A stretch of DNA of 64,000 bases from positions 321,560-385,559 of the forward strand of contig JBILLK010000008.1 in NCBI GenBank assembly GCA_044376115.1, written 5' to 3'. Positions 47,844-58,360 of this stretch are shown here, piece by piece. The position numbers and the translations under genes are program-made. Positions within the stretch are counted from its first letter, which is position 1. Each line of letters opens with the position of its first letter. Source of the DNA: Polyangiaceae bacterium. Its GTDB lineage: Bacteria > Myxococcota_A > Polyangia > Polyangiales > Polyangiaceae. The notes beneath the pieces are model-generated. The model was not told where the DNA came from, ran no database searches, and worked only from the letters and a program-made list of their open reading frames with translations.

Positions 47844-49895
47844 TTACTTTGCGTCTCCTCGCGCATAGATCGAAGCGACGTAGTCGAGTACGTCGCGAGC
47901 CGAAACCTCGTTGTAGCCGAAGTACTTCATCATACGCGTCTTGATGATGTCGATCTTCTCCTGCGTCTCCTTGTCGATCACGTTGGAGACGAGGGTCTGC
48001 AGCTTGATTGAGTCCTTCTGGTCTTCAAACAGCTTCAGCTCGAGCGCGCGACGCAAGCGGTCGTTGGTGTGCCACTCGAACTTGCGACCGTCCACCGCGA
48101 GGGCGCCGATGTAGTTCATGATCTCGCGCCGGAAGTCGTCTTTGCGGTTCTCCGGGATCTCGATCTTCTCCTCCACACTGCGCATCAAGCGTTCATCCGG
48201 CTCGACGTCTTGGCCGGTGTACCGGTCTTTGACCTTCTCGCGCAAAACGAAGGCCTTGATGGCGTCGATGTAGTTCGCTGCGAGCTTCTCGATCGCCTCT
48301 TCATCGGCGCTGATCGCCCTTTGGACCTCGTTCTTGACGATCTCCTCGTATTCGCGCTTCACCATGCCGATGCACTCGGAGTAGCGCTTGCGCTCTTCCT
48401 CGTTGGTGATGAGCGAGTGATGGCGCAGGCCCTTCTCGAGCTCGGCCATCACCATGAAGGGATTGATGGTGCCTTCGCCCATCTCGTTGACGAGGGCGTT
48501 GGAGATCTTGTCCTGCACGTAGCGGGGCGAGATGCCGCCGAGGCCTTCGCGGATGGTCTCCTTGCGCAGCTCCTTGACGGTGTCTTGCGTGTAGCCCGGG
48601 AGCACCTTGCCGTCGTAGAGCTTCAGCTTCTGAAGCAGGCTCAAGTTGTGCTTCTTCGGGTCCTCGAGTCGCGTGAGCACGGCCCACATACCTGCGACCT
48701 CCAAGGTGTGCGGCGCGATGTGTTTGCCGCGAATGCGCTCCTTGTTGAAGTCCTTCTCGTAGATGCGGATCTCCTCGGAGATCTTGGTGATGTACGGGAT
48801 GTCGATCTTGATGGTTCGATCCCGCAGCGCTTCCATGAACTCGTTGTTCAGGAGCTTCTTGTATTCGGCCTCGTTCGTGTGGCCGATGATCACCTCGTCG
48901 ATGTCGGTCTGCGCGAACTTCTTCGGCTTGATCTTGTGCTCCTGCGTTGCGCCGAGCAGGTCGTAGAGGAAGGCGACGTCGAGCTTCAGGATCTCGATGA
49001 ACTCGACGATGCCGCGGTTGGCGACGCAGAACTCACCGTCGAAGTTGAAGGCGCGTGGGTCTGAATCAGAGCCGTACTCGGCGATCTTCCGGTAGTTGAT
49101 GTCACCGGTCAGCTCGGTGGAATCCTGGTTCTTCTCGTCCTTGGGTTGGAACGTGCCGATGCCGACGCGATCCTTTTCGGAAAGCACGAGGCGACGCACG
49201 CGAATGTGCTGCATCACCTCGGCCCAGTCGCCCTTGTACTTGTCCATCAGCTTCTTGAAGACGAAGCGGCTCGCGGGATCGACGTCGCCCTTGAGGTTGA
49301 TTTGGAAGCGGTCATTCTCGAGACCGAGCTCGCGGATGGCACGCGCGCGCCACTCGGGTGGAATGAGACGCAACGGCTCTTCATTCATTGGGCTGGGAAA
49401 GCGATCCGCCTCGTGTGCGGTCATGCCGATCTCGGCTAGCCGCACCCAATCGAAGGTGTAGAGCGCGCCGTCGGGTGTGCGCGAGTAATGCTCGAGGCCC
49501 TTCTTGAGCATGCGGGCGATGGTGGACTTCGCCGAGCCGACTGGGCCGTGCAACAGGATGACGCGCTTCTCGGGGCCATACCCCTCCGAAGCTGCCTTGA
49601 GCACGTGGACCAGGCGCATGAGCGGGATGTCGAGCCCGAAGACGCCGTCTTTGCCACCGTCGATCTCGTCTTTGAAGAAGTTGTAGCGGATCAGCTTCTT
49701 CTTGTTGTCCGTGTACTCCTCGGTCCCATACCGAATGATCATGTCGTAAACGCGCTGAAAAGCGTTGCGAGTGACCTGAGGGTTCTTGCGAACAATCTCG
49801 AGGTAATCCTCGAACGAACCCTCCCACGCGAGATCGCGATAGAGGTCGTAGTCCTGCATCGACGCGATCTTCGAGACCATTCCGTTCTGACCCAT
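47844..49895 (-). CDS. prkA: PrkA/YeaG-family AAA+ serine protein kinase
   Basis: [62 protein letters not shown]. Confidence 0.95.
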   Translation of the reverse strand: MGQNGMVSKIASMQDYDLYRDLAWEGSFEDYLEIVRKNPQVTRNAFQRVYDMIIRYGTEEYTDNKKKLIRYNFFKDEIDGGKDGVFGLDIPLMRLVHVLKAASEGYGPEKRVILLHGPVGSAKSTIARMLKKGLEHYSRTPDGALYTFDWVRLAEIGMTAHEADRFPSPMNEEPLRLIPPEWRARAIRELGLENDRFQINLKGDVDPASRFVFKKLMDKYKGDWAEVMQHIRVRRLVLSEKDRVGIGTFQPKDEKNQDSTELTGDINYRKIAEYGSDSDPRAFNFDGEFCVANRGIVEFIEILKLDVAFLYDLLGATQEHKIKPKKFAQTDIDEVIIGHTNEAEYKKLLNNEFMEALRDRTIKIDIPYITKISEEIRIYEKDFNKERIRGKHIAPHTLEVAGMWAVLTRLEDPKKHNLSLLQKLKLYDGKVLPGYTQDTVKELRKETIREGLGGISPRYVQDKISNALVNEMGEGTINPFMVMAELEKGLRHHSLITNEEERKRYSECIGMVKREYEEIVKNEVQRAISADEEAIEKLAANYIDAIKAFVLREKVKDRYTGQDVEPDERLMRSVEEKIEIPENRKDDFRREIMNYIGALAVDGRKFEWHTNDRLRRALELKLFEDQKDSIKLQTLVSNVIDKETQEKIDIIKTRMMKYFGYNEVSARDVLDYVASIYARGDAK

Positions 49896-50149
49896 CTCAC
49901 GTTCCTCTCAGCGAAGTTTCCGCGGACTCGCCCGCGGGATCGAGAAGCTCTCTGCAGACGGCTTCCGAAGGCACGCCGCGAGCGTAGCGTTCCTAAGCGA
50001 AACCCTCCCCAAGTTTTTGTGGTTTGAAGCTGGAGGAAGGCGAATACTCTCCGGCCCGCCTCGTCAATCGTAGGCCTGCCGATTCACCCGGTCACAAGAC
50101 TCGGGGCGGTGCCAGCATCGGTCACCCCCCGCAACGAACTGAGGAACAC

Positions 50150-51091
50150 ATGTCTAAGCGTTTCGCCTGGTTGGCGCTCCCTGCTGCTTTTTTCATCAGC
50201 ACGTACGCCAGCGCGGCAACCAAATCCTTCACAGCGGCGCAAGCTTCACTGCCCGCTGACACAGAGATTGTCGCAACCAGCAACCTCAAGTCGGTGCGAT
50301 CTTCGCAGACCTTCCAGAAGTTGTTCCCCCAGCTGCTCAAGCTGGACAAGGAAGCCCCGGACATGCTGGCCAAGGTCAAGAAGTCCTGCGGCTTCGATCC
50401 GGTGACGGCGATTGACGACGTGACGCTTGGCGTCGCGAAAGATGAGGAAGGAGCCTTCTTCGTCGCGGTGAACGGCGTCACCGAGCAGAAGCTGGTGGAT
50501 TGCGCGACCAAGCTCGCAAAGTCAGAGGGCAAAGAGACGATCACGGCGAAGAAGACCGGCAACATTACCGAGCTCAAGAGCGACAAGGGCGGCTCGCCCA
50601 TCTACTTTGCCTGGCTACCGGACAACGTCCTCGTGATCGCCTCGGAGCCGGAAGAGAAGGCGACGCTCGAGAAGATGCTGGCTGGAAAGGGCGCATTGGC
50701 GAAGTCCAAGGTGGGCGCGCGGCTCGGTAAGATCCACGATGACGCAGCGATCTCGGTGGTGTTCAGCAAGGAGCTCCCGGTCGACAGCATGACCGTGAAG
50801 GGCGGTGATTTCACGCTGTCGGTCAAGAGCGGCGTGGTCGACGTCGTCACCACGCTCGAGATGGCCAGCAACAAGGAAGCCGAGCAGCTCGTGACCGCAG
50901 CGAAGGCCATCGGTTCACTGCTCCCGCTCCCCAAGGATGCGCCCAAAGAAGTCGAGAAGATCCTCAAGTCAGTCGACGGCAAGGCCTCTGGCGCAGAAGC
51001 GACGATCACCGCGAGCGCAGCGGAAAAGGATCTGATCGCAGTCGTGAATTGGGCGACCGGACTCACCAAGACGAAGGCAGCAGCTCGATAA
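50150..51091 (+). CDS. secreted hypothetical protein
   Basis: GAGGA RBS; signal peptide ending ASA; strong high-GC codon bias; CGFDPVTAID. Confidence 0.75.
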   Translation: MSKRFAWLALPAAFFISTYASAATKSFTAAQASLPADTEIVATSNLKSVRSSQTFQKLFPQLLKLDKEAPDMLAKVKKSCGFDPVTAIDDVTLGVAKDEEGAFFVAVNGVTEQKLVDCATKLAKSEGKETITAKKTGNITELKSDKGGSPIYFAWLPDNVLVIASEPEEKATLEKMLAGKGALAKSKVGARLGKIHDDAAISVVFSKELPVDSMTVKGGDFTLSVKSGVVDVVTTLEMASNKEAEQLVTAAKAIGSLLPLPKDAPKEVEKILKSVDGKASGAEATITASAAEKDLIAVVNWATGLTKTKAAAR

Positions 51092-51095
51092 TCGG

Positions 51096-52313
51096 CTAGC
51101 GCTTCGGTCGTTTGCGAAGGGGAAAGGCCAGCTTTCCCCCTTCGACGAGCCCCGGAAAGTCACTTAGGTAACGAGCGGGTTCGCCCATGGCCGAGCCATC
51201 CACCCAAAAGGCCGTTCCAGGATCTGCGTGGCGAACGTCCACGTGGATGAACGGCCCCTCTGGATAGTAGCCACAGCCAACGCCGCGTAGGCTGACGCAC
51301 ACCTTGAACAGGTCCTCGCGGCTCACGCGATGGATCGCAATATCAAGCGCACGGCCCGACGCATGAAGGCTCTTGTGACCGGAGCCATCGTTCACCTGGG
51401 CAAAAGGTCGCACGCCGCTGTAGATGATGATCGAGCGTCTCGGAAACGCATCGGCGAGTTCTTGCAACACCCACAAAAGACGCGGGTGCACGAGGCGCAC
51501 ACCGCCTGCCCATTCGCGGCGTTCGGACCAGGCTTCCGCGACAGGCTCGTCGGGCAGCTCGTCAAACGGTCGTTCGGTTCCTTCGGGCCTCGCCAAAATG
51601 CTCAGTCGGTCGAGGGCGAGCGGCGCGATGGCGCCGTCGCATTGCACGAGGTGGAAGCGTTCACCCTCCCCTGCGCTGCGCGTGATCAGCACCGGGGGTC
51701 GACGACATCGCCAATCCGGAACGGGGACGGCTGGCGGTAGCCGGAACAGGCCCGATAGACCGTCGGACGTTACGCCAAGCCCGGTGGTGTCGAAGATTGG
51801 GTTCCTCTGCGTGGAGTGCTGTAGCGACCACGCACTATCGCGTAACAGCTGGTCCCGACCGATCGTAACGAGTGCCTCGCTGAAGCTCTTCGGCTCGAAT
51901 GGGAGCGGCGAAAAGGCGAGCCACGTTGGAGACTCTGGCGGTTCGGGGCTCACTAGCGAACTTCCCCACGACACGCTCGCTGTTTCTCGGTACCAACCTC
52001 CCCACGGCCCAAGCACATAGGAGCGAAAGGGCCCAAGTCTATCGAGGGAAGCCTCACGCAAAGGCAGCAATAGATCGACCGACGTGGACTTGGACTCCGG
52101 GTCGAACGGGCGCGTTGAACTCTTTGCGAGGGCGAGGTCGAGACGGAAGCTGAGTTCGCGGGGAGACTCGGTCAGTAGCGAGGAGCGCTGAAGGCTAGGC
52201 GTTGCAGGCAACTCAGCCTGCACCTCGGATGACGCACAAAAGGCCGCCAGCGCGCCGGCGCAAACGCGCGCACGAGCAATCGCCCAAGAGGTGGGGTGTG
52301 ACAGGCACGCCAT
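51096..52313 (-). CDS. YcbK/DUF882 (peptidase M15A) family peptidoglycan peptidase
   Basis: HPRLL; YSGVRP; SLHASGRALD; GCGYYP..FIHVDVR zinc motifs. Confidence 0.85.
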   Translation of the reverse strand: MACLSHPTSWAIARARVCAGALAAFCASSEVQAELPATPSLQRSSLLTESPRELSFRLDLALAKSSTRPFDPESKSTSVDLLLPLREASLDRLGPFRSYVLGPWGGWYRETASVSWGSSLVSPEPPESPTWLAFSPLPFEPKSFSEALVTIGRDQLLRDSAWSLQHSTQRNPIFDTTGLGVTSDGLSGLFRLPPAVPVPDWRCRRPPVLITRSAGEGERFHLVQCDGAIAPLALDRLSILARPEGTERPFDELPDEPVAEAWSERREWAGGVRLVHPRLLWVLQELADAFPRRSIIIYSGVRPFAQVNDGSGHKSLHASGRALDIAIHRVSREDLFKVCVSLRGVGCGYYPEGPFIHVDVRHADPGTAFWVDGSAMGEPARYLSDFPGLVEGGKLAFPLRKRPKR

Positions 52314-52393
52314 ATTGCGCCAGCTCCAAGTACCATGGCCGACTCATTCGTTGATGGGAAGCCCCAAGAAACAGGCAGATTTTCGCCGCAATG

Positions 52394-52410
52394 CCGGCAC
52401 ATGGCTTGCT
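52394..52410 (+). promoter_or_regulatory. putative sigma54 (-24/-12) promoter
   Basis: CCGGCACATGGCTTGCT has GG-N10-GC spacing and matches TGGCACRNNNNTTGCW apart from the first base; intergenic, upstream of the 52423 gene. Confidence 0.55.
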
Positions 52411-52422
52411 AGGCTCTCACTG

Positions 52423-53238
52423 ATGACTTCAAGCAACGCAAGCGGCCAGGCTGGGCTTAGGAGCCTTTCATCGAGTACTCGGCGACGCTCAGGCGCGGCG
52501 GCCGCTTTGGCGCTAATGGGTCTCGTCGTAGCAGCTTCCGGCTGTGAGATTGGGTTGCTGGTTGCGGCCGTGACCGACGAGCCGCCGCCCGACCCGTACG
52601 AGAACTACGAGGAAACAGTTTGGTGCAACGAAGTAACGGGCAGCGTGAACGGATTTCCGGGCATGAGCTCTACGAACGGAAATGCACAGCTTTTCGGGAT
52701 GGGGGTTGACGCGCCGCTCACACGACTTGCAGCCTCCGAACACCTCGACTTCTTCGTTGAGGCACCCGAGCTCGAATGGGGAACGAGCACGACCTTCGGG
52801 GTCGACGGCGATCTCACTCGACTCGACGATTCCCAGGGCGCCTGTGCATCCTGGAATGCCGAGGCAGCAAGCTTCATAGAGGTTGAAACAGCCGCAGGGT
52901 CGGGCTCCGTCGTGGTTTATGACGACGGTTCGGAGCACGCGCGCTTCCCCTTCGAGATTAGCCAGGCTACCCAGCTTACCCTCAGTTTCGACGCCAACGC
53001 GAGTGTAGCCACCGCGCTCTTGCTCGACGAGCAAGGTCGAGCACTCTACGCACAATCCGGCGTCACTTGGCAGGTGGTGCCGTCTGGCTCCAACTTCACC
53101 GGGCCGCTCAAGGGACTGAAGGCCAACTTCTTCCCCGACGGCATCAACAACGAGGTGATCGTGACGGTGTTCTTTCAAGATCTCTCCGCGAGCATGAAGC
53201 TCGAGGGCAGCTCGGGAATCTTCCAACAGGTGGAGTGA
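52423..53238 (+). CDS. hypothetical lipoprotein
   Basis: Basic N-region, hydrophobic stretch, lipobox ASGC; beta-rich acidic body. Confidence 0.65.
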   Translation: MTSSNASGQAGLRSLSSSTRRRSGAAAALALMGLVVAASGCEIGLLVAAVTDEPPPDPYENYEETVWCNEVTGSVNGFPGMSSTNGNAQLFGMGVDAPLTRLAASEHLDFFVEAPELEWGTSTTFGVDGDLTRLDDSQGACASWNAEAASFIEVETAAGSGSVVVYDDGSEHARFPFEISQATQLTLSFDANASVATALLLDEQGRALYAQSGVTWQVVPSGSNFTGPLKGLKANFFPDGINNEVIVTVFFQDLSASMKLEGSSGIFQQVE

Positions 53239-53245
53239 GCCGCTC

Positions 53246-54205
53246 TCACGTGGCCCGAAACAGTCGGTCCTTGATCGCGTTCCAATTGGGATCGTTCGGA
53301 ACGGCCTCAATCAGGATGTGCGCCACACCGCTCGTCTCCAGGCGATGGAGCGCAGCGTAGAGACCCCGAGCATAGGCGCGAGCGTCGCGTGGAAGTCGCT
53401 CGATTGGTTGATCGACCCCACCGCCCAACTCGGTGTCGGTGAACAGCAAGAGACCACACGGGCCTGCGCTGCGTTCAATCAGCTGTTCGCGGTCCAACAG
53501 GAACGCGGGCACCGCAGGTGCATAGTGCCGGCGCGCCAAGCCCGGGGCGAGCATCGGTGCTTGAGCGTCGCTCACAGCCGCTCCCAAATCAACGACGGGA
53601 CCGTATTGTTCTAGCTCGGTAGGCCCAATCGAACCGCGTCGCAGGATCTCGATCGCAGCGCCGACCACTCGCACGATGGTGGACTCAATTCCGAAGCCAG
53701 TCGCACCGCCGTCCAACACAAATACCTCGGTTCCGAGGCTCTTTTCGACGTGCTCCGCGAGCGTGGGCGAAAGGTGGGTCGAGCGGTTGGCGCTCGGCGC
53801 GGCGATCGGTAACCGAACCTCACGCAGTAGCGCCTGAGCGATCGGATGGTTGGGCACTCGCAGCCCCACAGTCGGCCCTCCAGCTGTGGTTTCGGTCGCT
53901 AACAGGTTCGGCCGTAGCGGTAACACCAACGTTAGCGGTCCGGGCCAGAAAGCGCGCGCGAGCCGCAGCACCAACGGTGACACTTCCTCCGCGTAGGCCA
54001 GGGCGGTATCCGCGTCGGCGCAGTGCACGATGCTCGGGTTCGTCGCAGGACGGCCTTTGGTCGCGTAAATCCTGCGCACGGCCTCGGCGCGATCCGCTCT
54101 CGCGCCCAGCCCGTACACCGTCTCCGTCGGAAAAGCACAGAGCTGACCTGCGTGAAGAAGCTCGCAGGCTCGCTCTAGCCCTTGCTCATCGAACGACGCG
54201 ATCAT
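53246..54205 (-). CDS. sua5: L-threonylcarbamoyladenylate synthase (Sua5 type)
   Basis: AFPTETVYGLGA; KGRP.NP.IVH; FWPGPLT; APSAN; GIEST; PG...HYAP; LYAALH. Confidence 0.93.
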   Translation of the reverse strand: MIASFDEQGLERACELLHAGQLCAFPTETVYGLGARADRAEAVRRIYATKGRPATNPSIVHCADADTALAYAEEVSPLVLRLARAFWPGPLTLVLPLRPNLLATETTAGGPTVGLRVPNHPIAQALLREVRLPIAAPSANRSTHLSPTLAEHVEKSLGTEVFVLDGGATGFGIESTIVRVVGAAIEILRRGSIGPTELEQYGPVVDLGAAVSDAQAPMLAPGLARRHYAPAVPAFLLDREQLIERSAGPCGLLLFTDTELGGGVDQPIERLPRDARAYARGLYAALHRLETSGVAHILIEAVPNDPNWNAIKDRLFRAT

Positions 54206-54304
54206 GACCGAGCTACTAGTGTGTCCAAGCGCGGGCCGAGAGCCATTCGAGCGCAAGCCTGAAAAAAGCTCTGAATCGCGGAGGTCTCCGGCTTAAGATG
54301 AGGC

Positions 54305-56323
54305 GTGAAGCACTGGCAGCATCTCGCCCTCATCACCTTCGGCACCGCGGCAACCCTCCTCGGCGCCTGTGCCGTAAACGACTTCAGCAGCGGCTCCGGC
54401 GGAAAGGGTGGCAGCAGCGCTAACACGGGCGCTGGCGGCGCTGGCGGTGGCGCCGCCGACTCCTCCTCGAGCCAAGGAGCTTCCTTCGGTACGGGCGGCA
54501 ACGTCCCGATGGGGCAGACCATCACCATCGAGCCGGCGAACTTCGTGCTCAACGTCGATGGCCCCGGTAGCCCAACGCAACCGTTGACGGCCACCATCAA
54601 CGGGCAGGACGTAACCGCGTTGGTTACCTGGTCGTTCGAGAAGCCGTACATCGGCGACGTGCAGCCAGGCGGCTTCTTTCCGACGGGCAACGCTGGCGGT
54701 GTGGGGAAGTTGGTGGCGACCCTCGGTACCTCTTACGGCGAGACCAGCGTTACCGTCTTCGCGCAGAAGGTCGTCGGCGCCGACTTGATCGACCCCGCGG
54801 CGAAGGCTGCCTTGGACGCGCCTTCAGGCTTGCCCGACCCGTCGATGGACTTCATGTACCCGTTTGACGAGACGGTATTCCCTCTGGACGTGCTCGGTCC
54901 GGAGCTGATGTGGAACGGAACCAACGGCGGGGACGTTTACAAGCTGCACCTCCAAGAGACCTACCTCGACTACACCGAATACTTCACCGTTGCGCCGCCC
55001 GCGCGTCACCTCCTGCCGGAAGCGGACTGGACCAACATCACTCTCTCGGGCAGCGGAGCGCAGAGCGATCCGCTCGAGGTCTCTCTCGGGCGCTACGCTG
55101 GCGGCACGGCTTACCAGCCCGAGCAACGCACCTGGCGCATCGCGCAGGGCAAACTGAAGGGTGTTGTCTATTATTGGGAGCTGCCCGACCAATGCCCCAA
55201 TGCGCCTGGTAACGGGCGCGTATTGCGCATCAAGCCCAACTCCGACCAGGCCGTAGAGTTCTTTCAACCCGGAGGTTGTTGGGGCTGTCACACGGTTAGT
55301 CGCAACGGTAAGCAGATGATGGCAACGCTAGACTCTGGCCAACCGTTTCCACAAATCACCGTGGATTTGACGACCGACCCAGCTACCCCCGGCACCATCA
55401 CCACGAGCGCCCTGATTGGGGGAACCTTCAGCGCCTACAACGATAAGGGCGACCGCATTATCGTTAGCAACGACGATTCGTCGAATTTTAATAAGCTATT
55501 AACGATCGTTGACTCAACCACCGGCGGCGCACTCGCCGGGAGCGTAATGGGCCCAGGCTGCGGTGAACCGGCTTGGTCTCCCAACGGTGAAAAGCTGGCG
55601 GCTATTTGCGGGCTGAGCGGTGGCGGTTGGATCTTCGATCTGAACGAGGGCCACTTGAGCGTCGCGGACGTGGCCGCCGACGGCTTCACAGTGACCAACA
55701 CGCAGGTCATCGTTCCGCAACAAGGAGAGGTCGGTCGCCCTGCCTACCCGAGCTTTGCGCCCGGCTCCGAACTAATCGCCTTTGGTAGGCCCACCCAAGG
55801 TTCGCGCTCCTCGGGGGACGGAACGCTCTGGCTGACCGACTTGACTGGCACCAACGTCAAGCAGCTAACGCGTGCCAGCGAGGGCAACCAAAGCTTCAAT
55901 CCCGTCTTCGCGCCGTTGCGTGCTGGCGGCTACTACTGGCTCGTTTACATCTCGCGACGCGACTACGGCAATCGACTCGTCGGCGCTAACCGACAACAAC
56001 TTTGGATCACCGCGATCGATGATCCGGCAACCGCTGCTGATCCGTCGAACCCGCCGTTTTACCTTCGTGGTCAGCAGGACTGCGGAAAGAGCGAGAACGC
56101 TTACTTCGCTTTGGAGCCCTGCAAAGAGATCGGCGAAGACTGCTCCTCTGGCGCGGACTGCTGCAACGGTACCTGCCTCAAAGACCCGAGTACCGGCCAA
56201 TACAGCTGCGGCGCTCCGCAGGAGTGCGCCTTGGATGGCAACGCCTGCAAGACCTCTGAAGATTGCTGCAATCCGGATGCACAATGCATCGATGGCTTCT
56301 GCGTGGCCGAGATTCCGCGCTAG
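54305..56323 (+). CDS. lipoprotein with Ig-like region, TolB/PD40-like beta-propeller and Cys-rich C-terminus
   Basis: Lipobox LGAC; CWGCH; PAWSPNG; YPSFAPG; YWLVYISRRDYGN; C..CC..C tail. Confidence 0.75.
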   Translation: MKHWQHLALITFGTAATLLGACAVNDFSSGSGGKGGSSANTGAGGAGGGAADSSSSQGASFGTGGNVPMGQTITIEPANFVLNVDGPGSPTQPLTATINGQDVTALVTWSFEKPYIGDVQPGGFFPTGNAGGVGKLVATLGTSYGETSVTVFAQKVVGADLIDPAAKAALDAPSGLPDPSMDFMYPFDETVFPLDVLGPELMWNGTNGGDVYKLHLQETYLDYTEYFTVAPPARHLLPEADWTNITLSGSGAQSDPLEVSLGRYAGGTAYQPEQRTWRIAQGKLKGVVYYWELPDQCPNAPGNGRVLRIKPNSDQAVEFFQPGGCWGCHTVSRNGKQMMATLDSGQPFPQITVDLTTDPATPGTITTSALIGGTFSAYNDKGDRIIVSNDDSSNFNKLLTIVDSTTGGALAGSVMGPGCGEPAWSPNGEKLAAICGLSGGGWIFDLNEGHLSVADVAADGFTVTNTQVIVPQQGEVGRPAYPSFAPGSELIAFGRPTQGSRSSGDGTLWLTDLTGTNVKQLTRASEGNQSFNPVFAPLRAGGYYWLVYISRRDYGNRLVGANRQQLWITAIDDPATAADPSNPPFYLRGQQDCGKSENAYFALEPCKEIGEDCSSGADCCNGTCLKDPSTGQYSCGAPQECALDGNACKTSEDCCNPDAQCIDGFCVAEIPR

Positions 56324-56344
56324 TGGGCGGTCTACGGAGCGCCT

Positions 56345-57652
56345 TTGGCAGCAACTGAGCGCAACGACCAAGCGACGGACCTCAGCTTCGAGGCGCTAGG
56401 ACTACCACCAGACCTGTTACAGGCTCTGGTGGAGTTCTCGCACAACCAACCCACGCCCGTCCAAGCGGAGGTCATTCCGAGTGCGCTCGCCGGGCACGAC
56501 GTTTGGGCCTGCGCCAAAACGGGCTCCGGCAAGACAGCGGCGTTCATCCTGCCGCTTTTGGCGGGGCTGAGCCGATGCCCGCCGGCCAAAGCGAATAGGG
56601 TGCACGCGCTCGTGCTCGCACCCACGCGTGAGCTCGTCGCTCAAATCGCTGAAGCAGCTCGCAACTACGCTATGGCGCTATCGCCCAAGCCACGGATCCG
56701 AGCCGTGTTCGGTGGCGTGTCGATCAATCCACAGATGTTGGACCTCCGCGGAGGTGGGGAGCTTCTAATCGCGACGCCAGGACGATTGCTCGATCTTCTG
56801 GCGAAGAATGCGGTCTCGCTCCGGGAGCTCAAGACCCTCGTACTCGATGAAGCCGATCGACTGTTGGCGATGGGCTTTGCGGACGAGCTGGGAAAGGTGA
56901 AAGCGCAGCTGCCAGAGCAGCGCCAAACCATGCTTTTCTCAGCATCGTTTGCGCCCGCGATTGAAAAGCTTGCTCGGCAGCTACTGCGAGCGCCTGTACG
57001 AGTGGACCTGACGCAGGCACAACCTCCTCCAGCTATCAGCGAGAGGGTCATTCTGGTCGATAGCCGGCGCCGCACAGCGTTGCTGCTTCGGCTACTGCAT
57101 GAACAGGGCTGGGAGCAAGCCTTGGTGTTTGTAGCGAAGTCGGTGTGGTGTGAACAGCTCGCAAAACAACTACGGTCCGCCGACATCAGCGCGTTGGCGT
57201 TGCACGGTGAGCTTAGCCAGGCTGCGCGGACCCATGCACTCAACGCGCTCCGCGAGCGCGAGGTCCGCGTCCTCGTAGCGACCGATCTCGCGTCGCGTGG
57301 ACTCGACATCACTGAGCTGCCGGTCGTCATCAACTACGACCTTCCGCGCTCCCCCACCGACTACTTACATCGCATTGGCAGGACCGGCCGCGCCGAAACA
57401 GCCGGAACGAGCGTGAGCTTCGTCGCAGCGAACGAACGGGCGCAGCTGGCGGTGATCGAGAAGCGGCTTCAGCGCAGGTTCCAGCCTGAGGTACTCACGG
57501 GGTTCGAACCAAGGGACGCGGTCCCGGAGGTGCGAGTCGATGCTGGAGCCGGTGGCATCAAGGGTAAGCGCAAGAGCAAGAAGGACAAGCTTCGAGAGGC
57601 AGCGCAACGGCTCGCTTCCTCACCTTCAACCGCACTCAAACCAGAAGCGTAA
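56345..57652 (+). CDS. DEAD-box RNA helicase (RhlE-like)
   Basis: PTPVQ; AKTGSGKT; PTREL; TPGRLLD; DEAD; FSAS; SRGLD; HRIGRTGR. Confidence 0.93.
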   Translation: MAATERNDQATDLSFEALGLPPDLLQALVEFSHNQPTPVQAEVIPSALAGHDVWACAKTGSGKTAAFILPLLAGLSRCPPAKANRVHALVLAPTRELVAQIAEAARNYAMALSPKPRIRAVFGGVSINPQMLDLRGGGELLIATPGRLLDLLAKNAVSLRELKTLVLDEADRLLAMGFADELGKVKAQLPEQRQTMLFSASFAPAIEKLARQLLRAPVRVDLTQAQPPPAISERVILVDSRRRTALLLRLLHEQGWEQALVFVAKSVWCEQLAKQLRSADISALALHGELSQAARTHALNALREREVRVLVATDLASRGLDITELPVVINYDLPRSPTDYLHRIGRTGRAETAGTSVSFVAANERAQLAVIEKRLQRRFQPEVLTGFEPRDAVPEVRVDAGAGGIKGKRKSKKDKLREAAQRLASSPSTALKPEA

Positions 57653-57669
57653 AGCCGCACAACCTGCAG

Positions 57670-58281
57670 CTACCGATTGCCACCGCAGCCAAAGCAGACG
57701 GAGCCAAAACAACCGCAGGGGCACTGCTGCGTCGAGCCAGAGCATGCCCCGTTAAAGCAGTAGTAGCTAAACACCGTATCGCCGTTACAACCCTCACCGC
57801 CACAATCACTATACGGGTCTGAGCCATCACCAACCGGCAAACACTTTCCCTGCTTACCGCTGGTGTTAGCAGCCAAACAAGAGTGACATTCCGTGTCACA
57901 GGCAGTGTTGCAACAGACCCCTTCTACACAGAAGCCCGACTCACATTGCAATTCTGAATCACAGACGTCCCCATTGGGTGCCAGGGTGCAGCGATCGACG
58001 TCGCAATCGAACTCGCAAAGCAAAGCGCTCTCTTGGCAGGTTGACCCGACACAGGTGTAGCTCACCAAGCTATCGCCTACGCACTGCGTTTCTGGGCAAT
58101 CGCAGATTGTAGCTCCGCCAGCCCCACCGGCAGGCGGGCTACCAGCAGTTCCCCCCGCCCCACCGGTCCCGCCGCCCGCACTGGAAGAACCAGCGTTGCC
58201 CATCCCCTGTTCCACCCGCTCGCCGTCAAAGCGCAGCGAGCAATTGCATAGGGCCATCAACAGGAGCCAGCGAAACTGCAC
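57670..58281 (-). CDS. small Cys-rich secreted/lipoprotein
   Basis: Signal with LCNC; Gly linker; CESGFCVEGVCCNTAC..C.SC repeat typical of myxobacteria. Confidence 0.7.
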   Translation of the reverse strand: MQFRWLLLMALCNCSLRFDGERVEQGMGNAGSSSAGGGTGGAGGTAGSPPAGGAGGATICDCPETQCVGDSLVSYTCVGSTCQESALLCEFDCDVDRCTLAPNGDVCDSELQCESGFCVEGVCCNTACDTECHSCLAANTSGKQGKCLPVGDGSDPYSDCGGEGCNGDTVFSYYCFNGACSGSTQQCPCGCFGSVCFGCGGNR

Positions 58282-58360
58282 GTACTCAGCTTAGGCCCAA
58301 ACTGCGAGTGCGCCAACCCAGCATAGCTTCGCCAAGGTGCGGCAATGGCCAACGCTCCAA

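Noticed and set aside
48069..49064. Long antisense ORFs over prkA and other genes
   Set aside because: Expected shadow frames in high-GC3 coding DNA, with no motifs
22047..54205. t6A modification cluster (trmO plus sua5)
   Set aside because: The genes are about 30 kb apart with unrelated genes between
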